A DNA stretch of 64,000 nt from assembly GCA_022821065.1 (NCBI GenBank), contig JAJEEK010000057.1, forward strand, positions 1,128-65,127, given 5' to 3'. Within the stretch, counting starts at the first letter, position 1; each line of letters opens with the position of its first letter. Below, in pieces: positions 27,291-36,915 of this stretch. The notes beneath the pieces are model-generated. The model ran no database searches, had not been told where the DNA came from, and was given only the letters and a program-made list of their open reading frames with translations. Origin of the DNA: Candidatus Poribacteria bacterium (lineage in GTDB: Bacteria > Poribacteria > WGA-4E > WGA-3G). The translations under genes and the position numbers were made by a program.

Positions 27291-28313
27291 TTAGTCTCCA
27301 TCCGTTTGATACGTTTCTTGTAGAAAATCTGCTAATTCTTCAAAAGTGTCAAAGATTCGGTCACACAGGTTCTCGAAGAAGATACTTCGCGTGCCAGGGT
27401 AAACCGCATACACTGGCTTGTTATGGCGGGAAGCGTAATTCATTTCACTGAGAACGCCGGGCGATAATTTGTCCGTCGGATAGATGACAACGACAAAATC
27501 ACTTTGGTGGACGAACTGGTAATCCCGTGAGATTGTACGCGTTTGAATCTGTTCAATCACTTCTTCGCCCATTTCACTCACACGCGGTGCGTCATCACCT
27601 TCATCTTTCGTGAGGGTAACGAGTTCCATGTCCTTGATTGTGAGCGGATCGAAGACGATAAATGAACGGCTCAGTTTTTCGCCGATCTCGCGAATTTTCT
27701 CGATTTCTTTCGGTGTATCTCTTAAAAGCGTAATTGGATAGCTGAGATAAAATTTCGGTTTCGGGGAGAAGAGGAGTTCATAGAAATTCTCAAGATCGTG
27801 TTGTCTTGCGACGGTGTAGTGCGGTTTCTCTGTGAAATGTGCGAGTTGCCGCGTTAGGAACTCTTCCTCATCTAACCAAACATTGAGTGCTGCTTTTCCC
27901 ATCTCCGCCCACTGTGGCGTTTTTTCCATCCGTTCTGATATATCGGTGATGTTGTCAACGACATTGATTAGGAGATCTGGTAGTAGGATTTCAATGTCTT
28001 TGAAAGAAAATCCCTCAATGAGACTTCCGCGCCATCGAAAGCAGGCGTGTAACCCGATGATCGCGTGTTCATAGTCTTCGGCGCGGCGTGCGATTTCATA
28101 GAACGCTGTGCGCCGTGCTAATGACAGAACCGCTGGATCCGAATCGAGAACTTTATCTGTGAAATGGACGCGAGCTTCCGCGGCGGCGCGGTGCATAACG
28201 TCGCCGACATTGAAAAAGCCGATGTTCAGTTTCCTTTTCATGCAAAGGATTTTAAAATTCGCCATCAACTCTTTGCGTCCAGAACAACTGATTCCCGTGC
28301 AGATAATCTTCAT
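27291..28313 (-). CDS. Uncharacterised two-domain protein: an N-terminal archaeal-adenylate-kinase-like domain with a degenerate P-loop, and a C-terminal nucleoside-2-deoxyribosyltransferase-like domain
   Basis: 340-aa ORF. GISCSGRKE sits where GxxGxGKT is expected. IGLHACFRWRGSLIEGF resembles the AdkA-like core. The C-terminus FVVVIYPTDKLSPGVLSEMNYASRHNKPVYAVYPG resembles the NDT/SLOG-like fold. All of this is by eye. Confidence 0.45.
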   Translation of the reverse strand: MKIICTGISCSGRKELMANFKILCMKRKLNIGFFNVGDVMHRAAAEARVHFTDKVLDSDPAVLSLARRTAFYEIARRAEDYEHAIIGLHACFRWRGSLIEGFSFKDIEILLPDLLINVVDNITDISERMEKTPQWAEMGKAALNVWLDEEEFLTRQLAHFTEKPHYTVARQHDLENFYELLFSPKPKFYLSYPITLLRDTPKEIEKIREIGEKLSRSFIVFDPLTIKDMELVTLTKDEGDDAPRVSEMGEEVIEQIQTRTISRDYQFVHQSDFVVVIYPTDKLSPGVLSEMNYASRHNKPVYAVYPGTRSIFFENLCDRIFDTFEELADFLQETYQTDGD

Positions 28314-28317
28314 ATTT

Positions 28318-29133
28318 TTAATTTTCCTTGCGGTTCAGTGCGGCTAACGATTTCAGTTTCGCGAGTGCTTCCTGCTCTTCCTTTTGCCACGGACGATGTG
28401 CTGGCTTATCCAGTTTTTGCGGGGGTCCACCGAAGACGAGGATATACGCCCTACGCACTTCGGCTGTGCTATTCGGTGCGGAGTAGTGCAGCGTCCGGCA
28501 GTGATGAAACGTCGCGCCCCCCGCAGGTATCGGACAAGCGACTGCTTCTGATACGTCAACATCATCCGTTATTAACCCGTGTACAAGCGGATCATCGTCG
28601 ATATGCCGATGCCAACGTACCTCTCCTTTGTGCGATTTCGGAATAAACTGGAGACACCCACTCTCAACCGTCGCCTTATCAAGTGGGAGCCAGACGCTCA
28701 GGCTATGTGGACGGATTTCGGGGTTCCAGTACGCCTCGTCTTGGTGCCACGGTGTTTCATTGCCGTAGTGCGCTGGTTTCAAGATCATGTGTCCACCGCC
28801 GCCGACCTTTTCGGCTTCTACATCGAGCAACTTCGCGGCGAGTCGATGCGCATTCCGAAAATAGAGGGTCTCACGGAGCTCCGGGAATTGTGCTTCTGGT
28901 CCCAACACCTGTGGCAACGTCTCTTTTCCGCTGTGTGCGCGTGGACCGGCAAGATCAAAATAGCGTCCCTCCGCTTCGCCTGTCCGTTCAGTGAAGAGTT
29001 CATCGTAAATGCCTTTAAGCCATTCGACCTCTTCATCTGTCGTGATGCGCGGGATGCTGAGGTACCCGTTCTCCTGAAAAAAGGCGACCTGTTCGTCAGT
29101 CAGGTCCATACGAAAATCATTCTTGGATTTCAT
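28318..29133 (-). CDS. Phytanoyl-CoA dioxygenase (PhyH) family Fe(II)/2-oxoglutarate oxygenase
   Basis: 271-aa ORF with WHQDEAYW (HxD), a later H, and typical PhyH length. Confidence 0.8.
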   Translation of the reverse strand: MKSKNDFRMDLTDEQVAFFQENGYLSIPRITTDEEVEWLKGIYDELFTERTGEAEGRYFDLAGPRAHSGKETLPQVLGPEAQFPELRETLYFRNAHRLAAKLLDVEAEKVGGGGHMILKPAHYGNETPWHQDEAYWNPEIRPHSLSVWLPLDKATVESGCLQFIPKSHKGEVRWHRHIDDDPLVHGLITDDVDVSEAVACPIPAGGATFHHCRTLHYSAPNSTAEVRRAYILVFGGPPQKLDKPAHRPWQKEEQEALAKLKSLAALNRKEN

Positions 29134-29137
29134 AAAG

Positions 29138-31045
29138 TCACCGAATTAAAATATCGTAAGGTAAGATTGTTACAACGTGTGCGCCACCGTCAAAACCGAA
29201 CAGCGTTAACCAAGCAAGGAGATGTTGCGACTGCTGTCCTAACAGAAACAGCATAGGATGATTAGAAGCCAGTTGTAGGGGAGACCGGGTTACCCATCCG
29301 TTACGGATTGAACCTTCCGTATCTTCAATCATCTGCTCTATGAGTTGTTCAAAAAAGGGACGCTGCTTCGGTAGCACAATGAGGTTGAGTTTATCTTCTT
29401 CGCTAAAACCTGCCTGTTTTTTGGCAATAGATAGCGCGTCATCAAGTCCGCCGAGTTCATCAACGAGTCCGAGTTCCTGCGCCTGTCTACCTGTCCACAC
29501 CCGTCCTTGTGCGATCTCGTCGATTTCGTCAAAGGATTTGCTTCTACCGGATGCGGCTTTGTTGACGAAATCTTCATAGACAGTTTTCATCATCTTTTCG
29601 ACGCGTTCACGTTCAGTCAGTGTAAAACCGCCGTAATCCGAATAGAGGGTAGCATTCTGACCGCGTGCGATAATCTCTTTCGTCAGACCGGCTTTGTTAT
29701 AAAGTCCTTTCATATTGAGTTTACCGCCGAACACACCGATCGAACCGGTCAACGTGCTGGGTTGTGCGACGATTGTTCCTGCCGCCATCGCTATATAGTA
29801 GCCACCCGACGCAGCGACATTCCCCATAGAGACAACGACCGGTTTCTCGCGTTGTGTGAGCATGACCTCTCGCCATATTAAGTCCGAAGCGAGTGCGGAG
29901 CCGCCGGGACTGTCAACACGCAACACGACTGCGCGAACGGAATCGTCCGTGCGTGCCTTCTCAAACGCTTTCTTTAATGTTTTCGGCGTAATCATCGACA
30001 TCGGCATGAAAACGGAGTCAATGTCCGGTAAAATGGCACCACTGGCATAGATCAGTGCGATCTGATTTTCTGCGGTAGCTTGCGCACGTTGCGGTGGACT
30101 TAATATACTGAGCAGCTGCATCAACCCAGCGAAACTGTTCATATCCGGCACTTTCCGTTCACGCTCCGATCCGGGTTTGACAACTTGAACTTCTTCATCT
30201 TCAGCGGTTTCCGCTTTGAGAGCTGCGACCAACGCATCGTAGTATTGCAGAGCATCGACCAATTTCGCCTGCTTCGCCTCTTCACCTGTGAACGGACCGC
30301 GGTTTATCAACTCCGATGCATCTTCTGTGGAAATACCGTCTCGGCTCTCAGCAATATGGTTTAGCAATTGGGCATACAGATCATCAAGTAAAACCGTCAT
30401 CGACTCCCGGAATTCATCGGACATACCGTCCCGCGTATAGGGTTCAACACCGGATTTGTATTTCCCCATCGCTAACATATCTGCCTCAATATCTAATTTG
30501 TCGAGCAGCCCTTTGTAGAAGAGGACCTCGGCACGTAAGCCGGTTAAGTTAAGGCTACCGGTAGGCATCAGGACGACACGATCCATCGTAGCGGCGAGGA
30601 GGTATTCGGCATTCCCACCGCTTTCGAGGTAGCCGATTGTCTCTTTTTTTGCTTCCCGGAATTCGTTTAGCTTGGTTCGGATTTCTTGGAGTGTTGCCCA
30701 TCCTAAACTGACACCGTCTATTCTGAAGATAATCCCAGCAAGATCATCGTCTGCCTTGAGTGCATCTAATTTCTTAAAGAGTCCGCGGATCGTTTTTGTC
30801 GAGGAGGTGCCAAAGGTGCTGACGACTTTGGTATCGGTGTAAGTACCGCTCAGCGTGAATTCAGCATATTTTTTGATAGGAAGCGTTATCTCGGTTTCTG
30901 TCTCTTCCTCGGCGAATATCGGAGAAACGAGGAACAAAAACACCAACAGAGACGCGTATATTTTTATTAATTTCATTAGATCTATCCCTCTTTCTGGTAT
31001 CTGATTTAGCACTGTTATTTTATCACAAGAAGCGGATCGTGTCAA
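29138..31045 (-). CDS. sppA: Signal peptide peptidase SppA, 67K type (S49)
   Basis: 635-aa ORF with two S49 domains, VVLRVDSPGGSA and ASGGYYIA motifs, and an N-terminal anchor. Confidence 0.85.
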   Translation of the reverse strand: MTRSASCDKITVLNQIPERGIDLMKLIKIYASLLVFLFLVSPIFAEEETETEITLPIKKYAEFTLSGTYTDTKVVSTFGTSSTKTIRGLFKKLDALKADDDLAGIIFRIDGVSLGWATLQEIRTKLNEFREAKKETIGYLESGGNAEYLLAATMDRVVLMPTGSLNLTGLRAEVLFYKGLLDKLDIEADMLAMGKYKSGVEPYTRDGMSDEFRESMTVLLDDLYAQLLNHIAESRDGISTEDASELINRGPFTGEEAKQAKLVDALQYYDALVAALKAETAEDEEVQVVKPGSERERKVPDMNSFAGLMQLLSILSPPQRAQATAENQIALIYASGAILPDIDSVFMPMSMITPKTLKKAFEKARTDDSVRAVVLRVDSPGGSALASDLIWREVMLTQREKPVVVSMGNVAASGGYYIAMAAGTIVAQPSTLTGSIGVFGGKLNMKGLYNKAGLTKEIIARGQNATLYSDYGGFTLTERERVEKMMKTVYEDFVNKAASGRSKSFDEIDEIAQGRVWTGRQAQELGLVDELGGLDDALSIAKKQAGFSEEDKLNLIVLPKQRPFFEQLIEQMIEDTEGSIRNGWVTRSPLQLASNHPMLFLLGQQSQHLLAWLTLFGFDGGAHVVTILPYDILIR

Positions 31046-31091
31046 GTTGCAAATTCTTTAGCAGAGGGCAGTGTCTTGGTCGTCTCCGTTT

Positions 31092-31319
31092 CTATTCTCC
31101 GATGTGCTGCGCGACAAGGACCACATCCAAAATGTTGACGACACCGTCACCGTTGAGGTCTGGAGAATCCTCTCCAAAACGCGAGGCAACATGCGTCACA
31201 TCCAAGATATTCACGAGACCATCACCGTTGACATCCCAAGGCATTCCAGTAAGGAACGGATTGAGGTCCCAGAAAAAAATGCTGGCATAATCTGCACTGA
31301 TAAGGCTTCGGTCATCGGG
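31092..31319 (-). pseudogene. In-frame continuation of the upstream WD40 gene after a TGA: the last WD40 blade plus a dockerin-like tail
   Basis: It translates as PDDRSLISADYASIFFWDLNPFLTGMPWDVNGDGLVNILDVTHVASRFGEDSPDLNGDGVVNILDVVLVAQHIGE*. It is in frame with the stop at 31322-31320. The intact neighbour at 33233..34510 has the same architecture. Confidence 0.65.
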
Positions 31320-33221
31320 TCAAAACGCTAAAGCGACGGTTTCAGAGGTAGGGCCTTCTAAGGTTGTGTGTAATTTCTCAGCGTGAACATCCCATACATA
31401 AATGCCTTCCCCGATACGCGGTACAGCAACACTTGCCCCATCTGCCGAAAACGCTAACATCGCGTAGTTCCCCGTACGCCCCCAGAGTGTCGTGCGGTGT
31501 TGCCCGGTATTTGCGTCCCACAAATAAACACCGTGCCCGTTTATACTTGCGAGTGTTTTGCCATCCGGTGAAAACGTCACATCTTGGATCGATCCACCCT
31601 CTTCATAAATAGTCGTCTGGAGTTGACCCGTATTCACATCCCATAACCGAATATTGCCATCGCTCCCTCCTGCCCCAAGCGTTTGATTATCCGGGGAAAA
31701 CGCCAGCGATATACCAATTGTGTGGGCATCAAGGGTTAATCGTCTGGTACCGTTTTCTGTATTCCACAAATAAATCTGAGTATTACGATTACCACCGGTT
31801 GCCAAGGTCTTGCCATCTGGTGAAAAAGCGATAGCCGTAACACGGTCTGCGTGTTCTCCAAGGGTAACACGCAACTTTCCGGTAGCGACATCCCATAACC
31901 TTACTGTTGTGTCCGTGCTCCCACTTGCGAGGGTGCTACCATTCGGTGAAAATGCTAAAGCAGTAATACGCCTCGTATGTCCAGTAAGCGTCGCAAGTTT
32001 TTGATCCTTAACGACATCCCAGAGCCAGATTTCATTGGGTTCATGCTCAACAGCGATAGTCCTATTATCGGGTGAGAATGCCGCGTGTCCCAACCGCCAA
32101 TGTCCTGTAATAGTCATCTGTTGTTCGCCTGTATCTACTTTCCATAAGCGAATTGTCTCATCATCGTAACTTGTACTGGCGAGGGTAGTACCATCGGGTG
32201 AGAAAGCGATAACATCAACTGAATCTGTATGTTTCCAAAGGGTCGCTCGCAGTTTTCCTGTATCTGCCTCCCACAAGCGAATTTTCTGGTCGTGCCCGGC
32301 ACTTGCGAAGGTTTCGCCATCGGGCGAAAATGCGACAGATAAGACAATTGATGTATGTCCAGTGAGGACATCACGCACGGAACGACTGTCTATATCCCAC
32401 AACAGAACCGTTTTGTCCCAGCCTCCACTCACGAGGGTTTTGCCATCCGGTGAAAACGCAACAGAATGGACGCGATCCATGTGTCCCTCCAAAGTCGCTT
32501 GGTGTTGTCCTGTGGCTACGTCCCAGAGTTGAATCTTGTAATCCCAGCCTCCACCCACAAGCGTTTTGCCATCCGGTGAAAACGCCACTGACGGGATAAA
32601 CGGCCCCTCTGCAATAGTTCTATACTGTCCGGTTTCTATATCCCAGAGTCGGACTGCCCCCTCACCGCTTGCACTTGCGAGCGTTTTGCCGTCCGGCGAG
32701 AACACCAGTTCCCAGACTTCGAGCTGCCCTATTTCTGGTAACGTTAGCGCGATTTCAGGTGGCCTTGTCAGGGTAGCAATATGCGCTCCGGTATCCGCAT
32801 CCCATAACCGAATCTCACTATCTTCTCGCCACCAATTCCATTTCCGACCTGCACCACTCGCGACGATCTTTCCGTCCGGCGAGAATGCCACTGACAAAAC
32901 CGATTCCGTGTGCCCGGTGAATAACGCAAGCTCTGCACCGGTGTGTGCGTTGTACATCCAAACACCGATCGAGCTTGCAACAGCGATTCGAGTACCATCA
33001 GGTGAAAACGCAATACCACCGTGTAGCCGCCCTTTGCCTATGCGGTGCTTCGCGCCTTCAGGCAAACCTGTTTGCGTGTAGACTTGGGCATGAACATTTG
33101 ATAGGAATAGAAAAACCAGTAAAAGAGACACCAAAGTAAAAAATAGCGTCTGCATATCACTGCGAATAGGCACGCTCGAGGAAAGTGTCTCTATAGGAAG
33201 ACGTAGCTGTTTAGTTTTCAT
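31320..33221 (-). CDS. Secreted WD40-repeat protein (truncated by an in-frame TGA)
   Basis: 633-aa ORF with a signal peptide, a YTQTGLPEGAKHRIGKG box and many AFSPDG..(I/V)RLWD blades. It ends ..ETVALAF*, in the middle of a blade. Confidence 0.85.
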   Translation of the reverse strand: MKTKQLRLPIETLSSSVPIRSDMQTLFFTLVSLLLVFLFLSNVHAQVYTQTGLPEGAKHRIGKGRLHGGIAFSPDGTRIAVASSIGVWMYNAHTGAELALFTGHTESVLSVAFSPDGKIVASGAGRKWNWWREDSEIRLWDADTGAHIATLTRPPEIALTLPEIGQLEVWELVFSPDGKTLASASGEGAVRLWDIETGQYRTIAEGPFIPSVAFSPDGKTLVGGGWDYKIQLWDVATGQHQATLEGHMDRVHSVAFSPDGKTLVSGGWDKTVLLWDIDSRSVRDVLTGHTSIVLSVAFSPDGETFASAGHDQKIRLWEADTGKLRATLWKHTDSVDVIAFSPDGTTLASTSYDDETIRLWKVDTGEQQMTITGHWRLGHAAFSPDNRTIAVEHEPNEIWLWDVVKDQKLATLTGHTRRITALAFSPNGSTLASGSTDTTVRLWDVATGKLRVTLGEHADRVTAIAFSPDGKTLATGGNRNTQIYLWNTENGTRRLTLDAHTIGISLAFSPDNQTLGAGGSDGNIRLWDVNTGQLQTTIYEEGGSIQDVTFSPDGKTLASINGHGVYLWDANTGQHRTTLWGRTGNYAMLAFSADGASVAVPRIGEGIYVWDVHAEKLHTTLEGPTSETVALAF

Positions 33222-33232
33222 ACCTTAAACTC

Positions 33233-34510
33233 CTATTTGTCAAAGTGCCGTGCGATGAGGACGAGATCCAATATATTGACGATGCCGTCCCTGTTGAGGT
33301 CTGGTGTCGTTTGGCCGAAACGCGCAGCAATAAAAGTTAAATCTAAAACGTTCACAACACCGTCGGCGTTGACATCCCACGGTCTCGGTACAGATGTTAG
33401 AGGCCACAACTGGATCGTCCCGTCAAGCCCCGCACTTGCGACGGTGCTGCCGTGGGGACCCACAGGAACAGATGGAGATCCCAATAGAAACGCCAAAGTA
33501 AGAATTGGAGCGGCATCACCTCTAACAGTTGCTTGCAATTGTCCGGTCTGCGGATCCCAGAGACGAATTGCGTTGTCCCACCCCGCACTTACGAGTGTGT
33601 TTCCATAAATACTGTTGAACACTGGCGTGAACGCTAAGGCAAAGACCGGATCGGTATATGCTTCAAAGGTTGTCAAGAGATGCCCGGTATGTATATCCCA
33701 TATACGAATTGTGCTTTCGGCGTCCGCGCTCCAATATCCGCCACTTGCCAACGTTCGATTATCAGGTGAAAAGGCGAGTGCTGTGACTACGTCCGTATGT
33801 GTAGAAATGCTGTGTCGGAGTTGACCGGTTTCTATGTCCCACAATAGAACTGTCCCGTAAACACTTGTGCTGGCCAGCATCTTGCTATCTGGTGAGAACG
33901 CCAGTCTGGTGACCATATCCCGATGTCCGTGAAGGAGGGCGGTACGGATTGGCGGCTCCGTTCTTAAGTCCCAGAGACGGATTTCCCTGAAACTCCCACT
34001 GGCGAGGGTCTTGCTATCAGGCGAAAATGCTAACGACACAACCGGGTCGGTATGTCCGCTGAAGTCGGTTCTCTGTTCACCGGTACGTACGTCCCAGAAG
34101 CGGATGGTAGCGTCTCCACCAGCACTGGCAAGTATTTTACTATCCGGTGAAAACACCAATGCGATTATGGTATCCATTGCTGCAGGAAACATCGCCAATT
34201 CTTTGCCGGTATAGGTATCGGACACTGCAATACCGTTTGCGGTTGCGACAGCGAGTTGTGCGCCATCAACCGAGAAGGCTGTGGCATTTATCGCTGTTGT
34301 GTCGAAGGGTGCCTCACCATTTTCCGACAAACGCCACCGCGTTATATCTTGCGCATGGGTACTTAGTAGACAGAAAAAATAAAAAAAGAGGAGAAATATA
34401 GAAAGTTGGAATTTTTGCACGGCGCGCTTCCGTTCCGCTTGCCTTTTCGGCAAGCGGATTCCTGACAAATTTAGCGTTTTCGTTGTTGATCGCGCTATGT
34501 GAGCACTCAC
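33233..34510 (-). CDS. Secreted WD40-repeat protein with a C-terminal dockerin-like (EF-hand pair) module
   Basis: 425-aa ORF. The C-terminus DVNADGVVNVLDLTFIAARFGQTTPDLNRDGIVNILDLVLIARHF matches the dockerin type I repeat pattern. Confidence 0.85.
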   Translation of the reverse strand: MSAHIARSTTKTLNLSGIRLPKRQAERKRAVQKFQLSIFLLFFYFFCLLSTHAQDITRWRLSENGEAPFDTTAINATAFSVDGAQLAVATANGIAVSDTYTGKELAMFPAAMDTIIALVFSPDSKILASAGGDATIRFWDVRTGEQRTDFSGHTDPVVSLAFSPDSKTLASGSFREIRLWDLRTEPPIRTALLHGHRDMVTRLAFSPDSKMLASTSVYGTVLLWDIETGQLRHSISTHTDVVTALAFSPDNRTLASGGYWSADAESTIRIWDIHTGHLLTTFEAYTDPVFALAFTPVFNSIYGNTLVSAGWDNAIRLWDPQTGQLQATVRGDAAPILTLAFLLGSPSVPVGPHGSTVASAGLDGTIQLWPLTSVPRPWDVNADGVVNVLDLTFIAARFGQTTPDLNRDGIVNILDLVLIARHFDK

Positions 34511-34534
34511 GGAAACACGACCGTGACAGTCAAC

Positions 34535-36028
34535 TTAGAGGATATATCTGCTCAAATCTTGGTCCTTGACGATTTCAGCGAGTTCCGACTGGACATAGTC
34601 GGCATCAATCGTGACCTCGTTCTTTTCGAGGTCTGGTGCGTCAAAGAAGAGATTCTCAAAAAGCTTTTCCATGATAGTGTGCAGACGGCGTGCGCCGATG
34701 TCTTCAACGGATTCATTCACTTGGAAAGCGAGTGCCGCAATTTCGTCTATTGCGTCCTCGGTAATCGTCGCCTCTATCCCTTCGGTCTTGAGCAGTTCGG
34801 TGTACTGTTTCACTAACGCATTTTTAGGTTCCGTCAAGATAGACTTAAAGTCATCCTTATTCAGACTTTTCAGTTCCACTCGAATCGGGAACCGGCCCTG
34901 TAATTCTGGGATTAGGTCGGACGGACTCGAAACGTGGAAAGCACCGGCAGCGATGAAGAGGATGTGGTGCGTACGGACAGCACCGTATTTTGAAGTTATG
35001 GTGCTACCTTCAATGATCGGGAGGATATCACGTTGTACGCCTTCGCGCGAAATATCGGGTCCGTGCCGCGATTCTCTACCTGCGATCTTATCAATTTCAT
35101 CTAAAAAGACAATACCGGAATCTTCAACACGTCGGATAGCTTCGCTGATAACGGCATCCATATCAATAAGTTTTTCAGATTCTTCTTGCATCAGGAGCGT
35201 CCGCGCCTCGGAGACAGGAACGCGCCGTTTCTTCGTCTGGTTCGGAAGGATGTTACTAAACATATCCTTGAAATTGATATCCATCTCCTCAATACCGCTT
35301 GGTGAGAAGATTTCAACAAAAGGCACGCTTTGATGCTTGACATTGATTTCGACGGGTTTATCTTCAAGTCTACCTTCGCGCAGCCATTCTCGAAATTTTT
35401 CGCGGGTTTTGAGATAACGCTCTCGTTCTCTTTCACGGTCTTCTTCGGCTTCCGCTTCAGCGTCGATCCCGAGATCGAAAGGCAGTTGTAGGGCTGCACT
35501 CTCGTCCTCTTCTTCAGATTCGTCCATGACATCTTTTTCCAAGCGCGGACGTTGCTGCAGCGAACGCGGCATGGGAAAGATACAATCAAGAAGCCGTTCT
35601 TCGGTGAATTCGCGCGCCTTTTCTTCAACAGCCTCGGCTTGTTCGGCTTTAACACGACCGATCGCAATTTCAGTGAGATCCCGAATCATGGATTCAACAT
35701 CGCGACCGACGTAACCGATTTCGGTATACTTCGACGCTTCTACCTTGATAAATGGCGCATCAACAAGACGTGCGAGCCTACGTGCGATCTCGGTTTTGCC
35801 GACCCCGGTTGAACCGATCATGATGATGTTTTTAGGTGAAACCTCGTCTTGCATATCTTCACCTAACATTTGTCGCCGCGCGCGGTTGCGGAGGGCAATA
35901 GCGACACAACGTTTCGCCTCAAACTGCCCGATGATATACTTATCTAATTCCTGAACAATCTGTCGCGGCGTAAGTGCCTCTGCTAATGTGTTTTTTTTCT
36001 GTATTGCATTAGATTTCTCCAAGGTCAA
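34535..36028 (-). CDS. hslU: ATP-dependent protease ATPase subunit HslU
   Basis: 497-aa ORF with [26 protein letters not shown], Walker [16 protein letters not shown] and a conserved C-terminus. Confidence 0.95.
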   Translation of the reverse strand: MTLEKSNAIQKKNTLAEALTPRQIVQELDKYIIGQFEAKRCVAIALRNRARRQMLGEDMQDEVSPKNIIMIGSTGVGKTEIARRLARLVDAPFIKVEASKYTEIGYVGRDVESMIRDLTEIAIGRVKAEQAEAVEEKAREFTEERLLDCIFPMPRSLQQRPRLEKDVMDESEEEDESAALQLPFDLGIDAEAEAEEDRERERERYLKTREKFREWLREGRLEDKPVEINVKHQSVPFVEIFSPSGIEEMDINFKDMFSNILPNQTKKRRVPVSEARTLLMQEESEKLIDMDAVISEAIRRVEDSGIVFLDEIDKIAGRESRHGPDISREGVQRDILPIIEGSTITSKYGAVRTHHILFIAAGAFHVSSPSDLIPELQGRFPIRVELKSLNKDDFKSILTEPKNALVKQYTELLKTEGIEATITEDAIDEIAALAFQVNESVEDIGARRLHTIMEKLFENLFFDAPDLEKNEVTIDADYVQSELAEIVKDQDLSRYIL

Positions 36029-36057
36029 ACCTCCCAGAAAATTATCGAACCTATTTA

Positions 36058-36152
36058 ATAGTTATCAGCCATCGGTGATCAGTCATCAGTTAAGAGGTGC
36101 TGTGGTTAATGAGATCCCTCTTTAACTGAAAGCGCAGCGTACTGAGAACTAT
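36058..36152. repeat. Heptamer-armed hairpin element (family 3, copy c), between hslV and hslU
   Basis: The closing inverted repeat pairs AATAGTTATCAG with CTGAGAACTATT. The left arm is ATCAGNN x4. The core is CAGTTAAGAGG..GGTTAA..CCTCTTTAACTG. Confidence 0.65.
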
Positions 36153-36171
36153 TCCTCTCGGAAGCATCGCA

Positions 36172-36732
36172 CTATATCTCTATCGTATCAATTTCAATTC
36201 GTGCGTTGGTATAGATACAAATTTCACTTGTCAGTTGGAGTGCTTCTGAAACAATCTCCCTTGATGTCAAATCTGAGTATTTGAGCATGGCTTTCGCTGC
36301 TGCAAGGGCAATCGATGAACCGGAACCGATAGCGATCACATCATCGTCGGGTGCGATGACATCACCGCTCCCCGAAATGAGGTAACTATCGTCAGCATCT
36401 GCAGCAATCATCAGTGCGTCTACTTGCCGCAGAACCCTATCGCTGCGCCACTCACGCGCAAGTTCTACTGCCGATTTCTGAAGGTTTCCACGATATTGCT
36501 CCAACTTCTTTTCCAAATTTTCATACAATGTGATCGCATCCGACGCGGAACCAGCAAAACCTATCAGGACTTTGTCGTTATGGATTCTACGAATTTTCCG
36601 CGCACCGTGTTTGATCGCCGTATCTCCTAAAGTGACTTGACCATCGCCGCCAATAGCGACTTGACTGTCCCGTCGTACGGCTAAAATCGTTGTCGAACGA
36701 ATTCGCATGCCTCCGATTTTTCTCTCTTGCAA
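36172..36732 (-). CDS. hslV: ATP-dependent protease subunit HslV
   Basis: It has a TTILAVRRD N-terminal threonine motif and GSG..ALAAA motifs. The true start is probably the internal MRIRSTT. Confidence 0.95.
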   Translation of the reverse strand: MQERKIGGMRIRSTTILAVRRDSQVAIGGDGQVTLGDTAIKHGARKIRRIHNDKVLIGFAGSASDAITLYENLEKKLEQYRGNLQKSAVELAREWRSDRVLRQVDALMIAADADDSYLISGSGDVIAPDDDVIAIGSGSSIALAAAKAMLKYSDLTSREIVSEALQLTSEICIYTNARIEIDTIEI

Positions 36733-36758
36733 TTAGATTTCCCCTACTGTAATAAAAA

Positions 36759-36878
36759 CAGAACTTACGCAATTTTGGATGTAACCCGTTCTGTTAGATG
36801 AAAGTTCTCGTAAACTCCAGCGTTCTGGTGCCACAAACTAACAGTTTGTGGTACGAAAAAACAGCATGCGTAAATCTT
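36759..36878 (+). mobile_element. MITE family 1 copy (short subfamily, slightly degenerate)
   Basis: TIRs are AGAACTTACGCA and TGCGTAAATCT. The flanks are AAAAA and ATAAA (4 of 5 match). Confidence 0.7.
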
Positions 36879-36915
36879 ATAAAAGTAAAACTGTCTTTTT
36901 TTTTGAATTTGCACT

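Noticed and set aside
31320-31322. The in-frame TGA of the WD40-dockerin gene could encode selenocysteine, or could signal a TGA-recoded genetic code.
   Set aside because: The repeat consensus (AFSPDG) predicts Ser at this position, which has no redox role. I could only draw a weak 5-bp stem downstream, not a bacterial SECIS-like hairpin. TGA also terminates other well-defined genes here (for example thiG), and all other long ORFs are intact under the standard code.
34611-35333. A 240-aa plus-strand ORF lies inside hslU. Similar antisense ORFs lie at 3603-4574, 8782-9444, 10636-11175, 28579-29256 and 47341-47922.
   Set aside because: Each lies wholly inside a gene with strong family signatures on the opposite strand. 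The compositions are Ser/Arg-rich, as expected for antisense frames.
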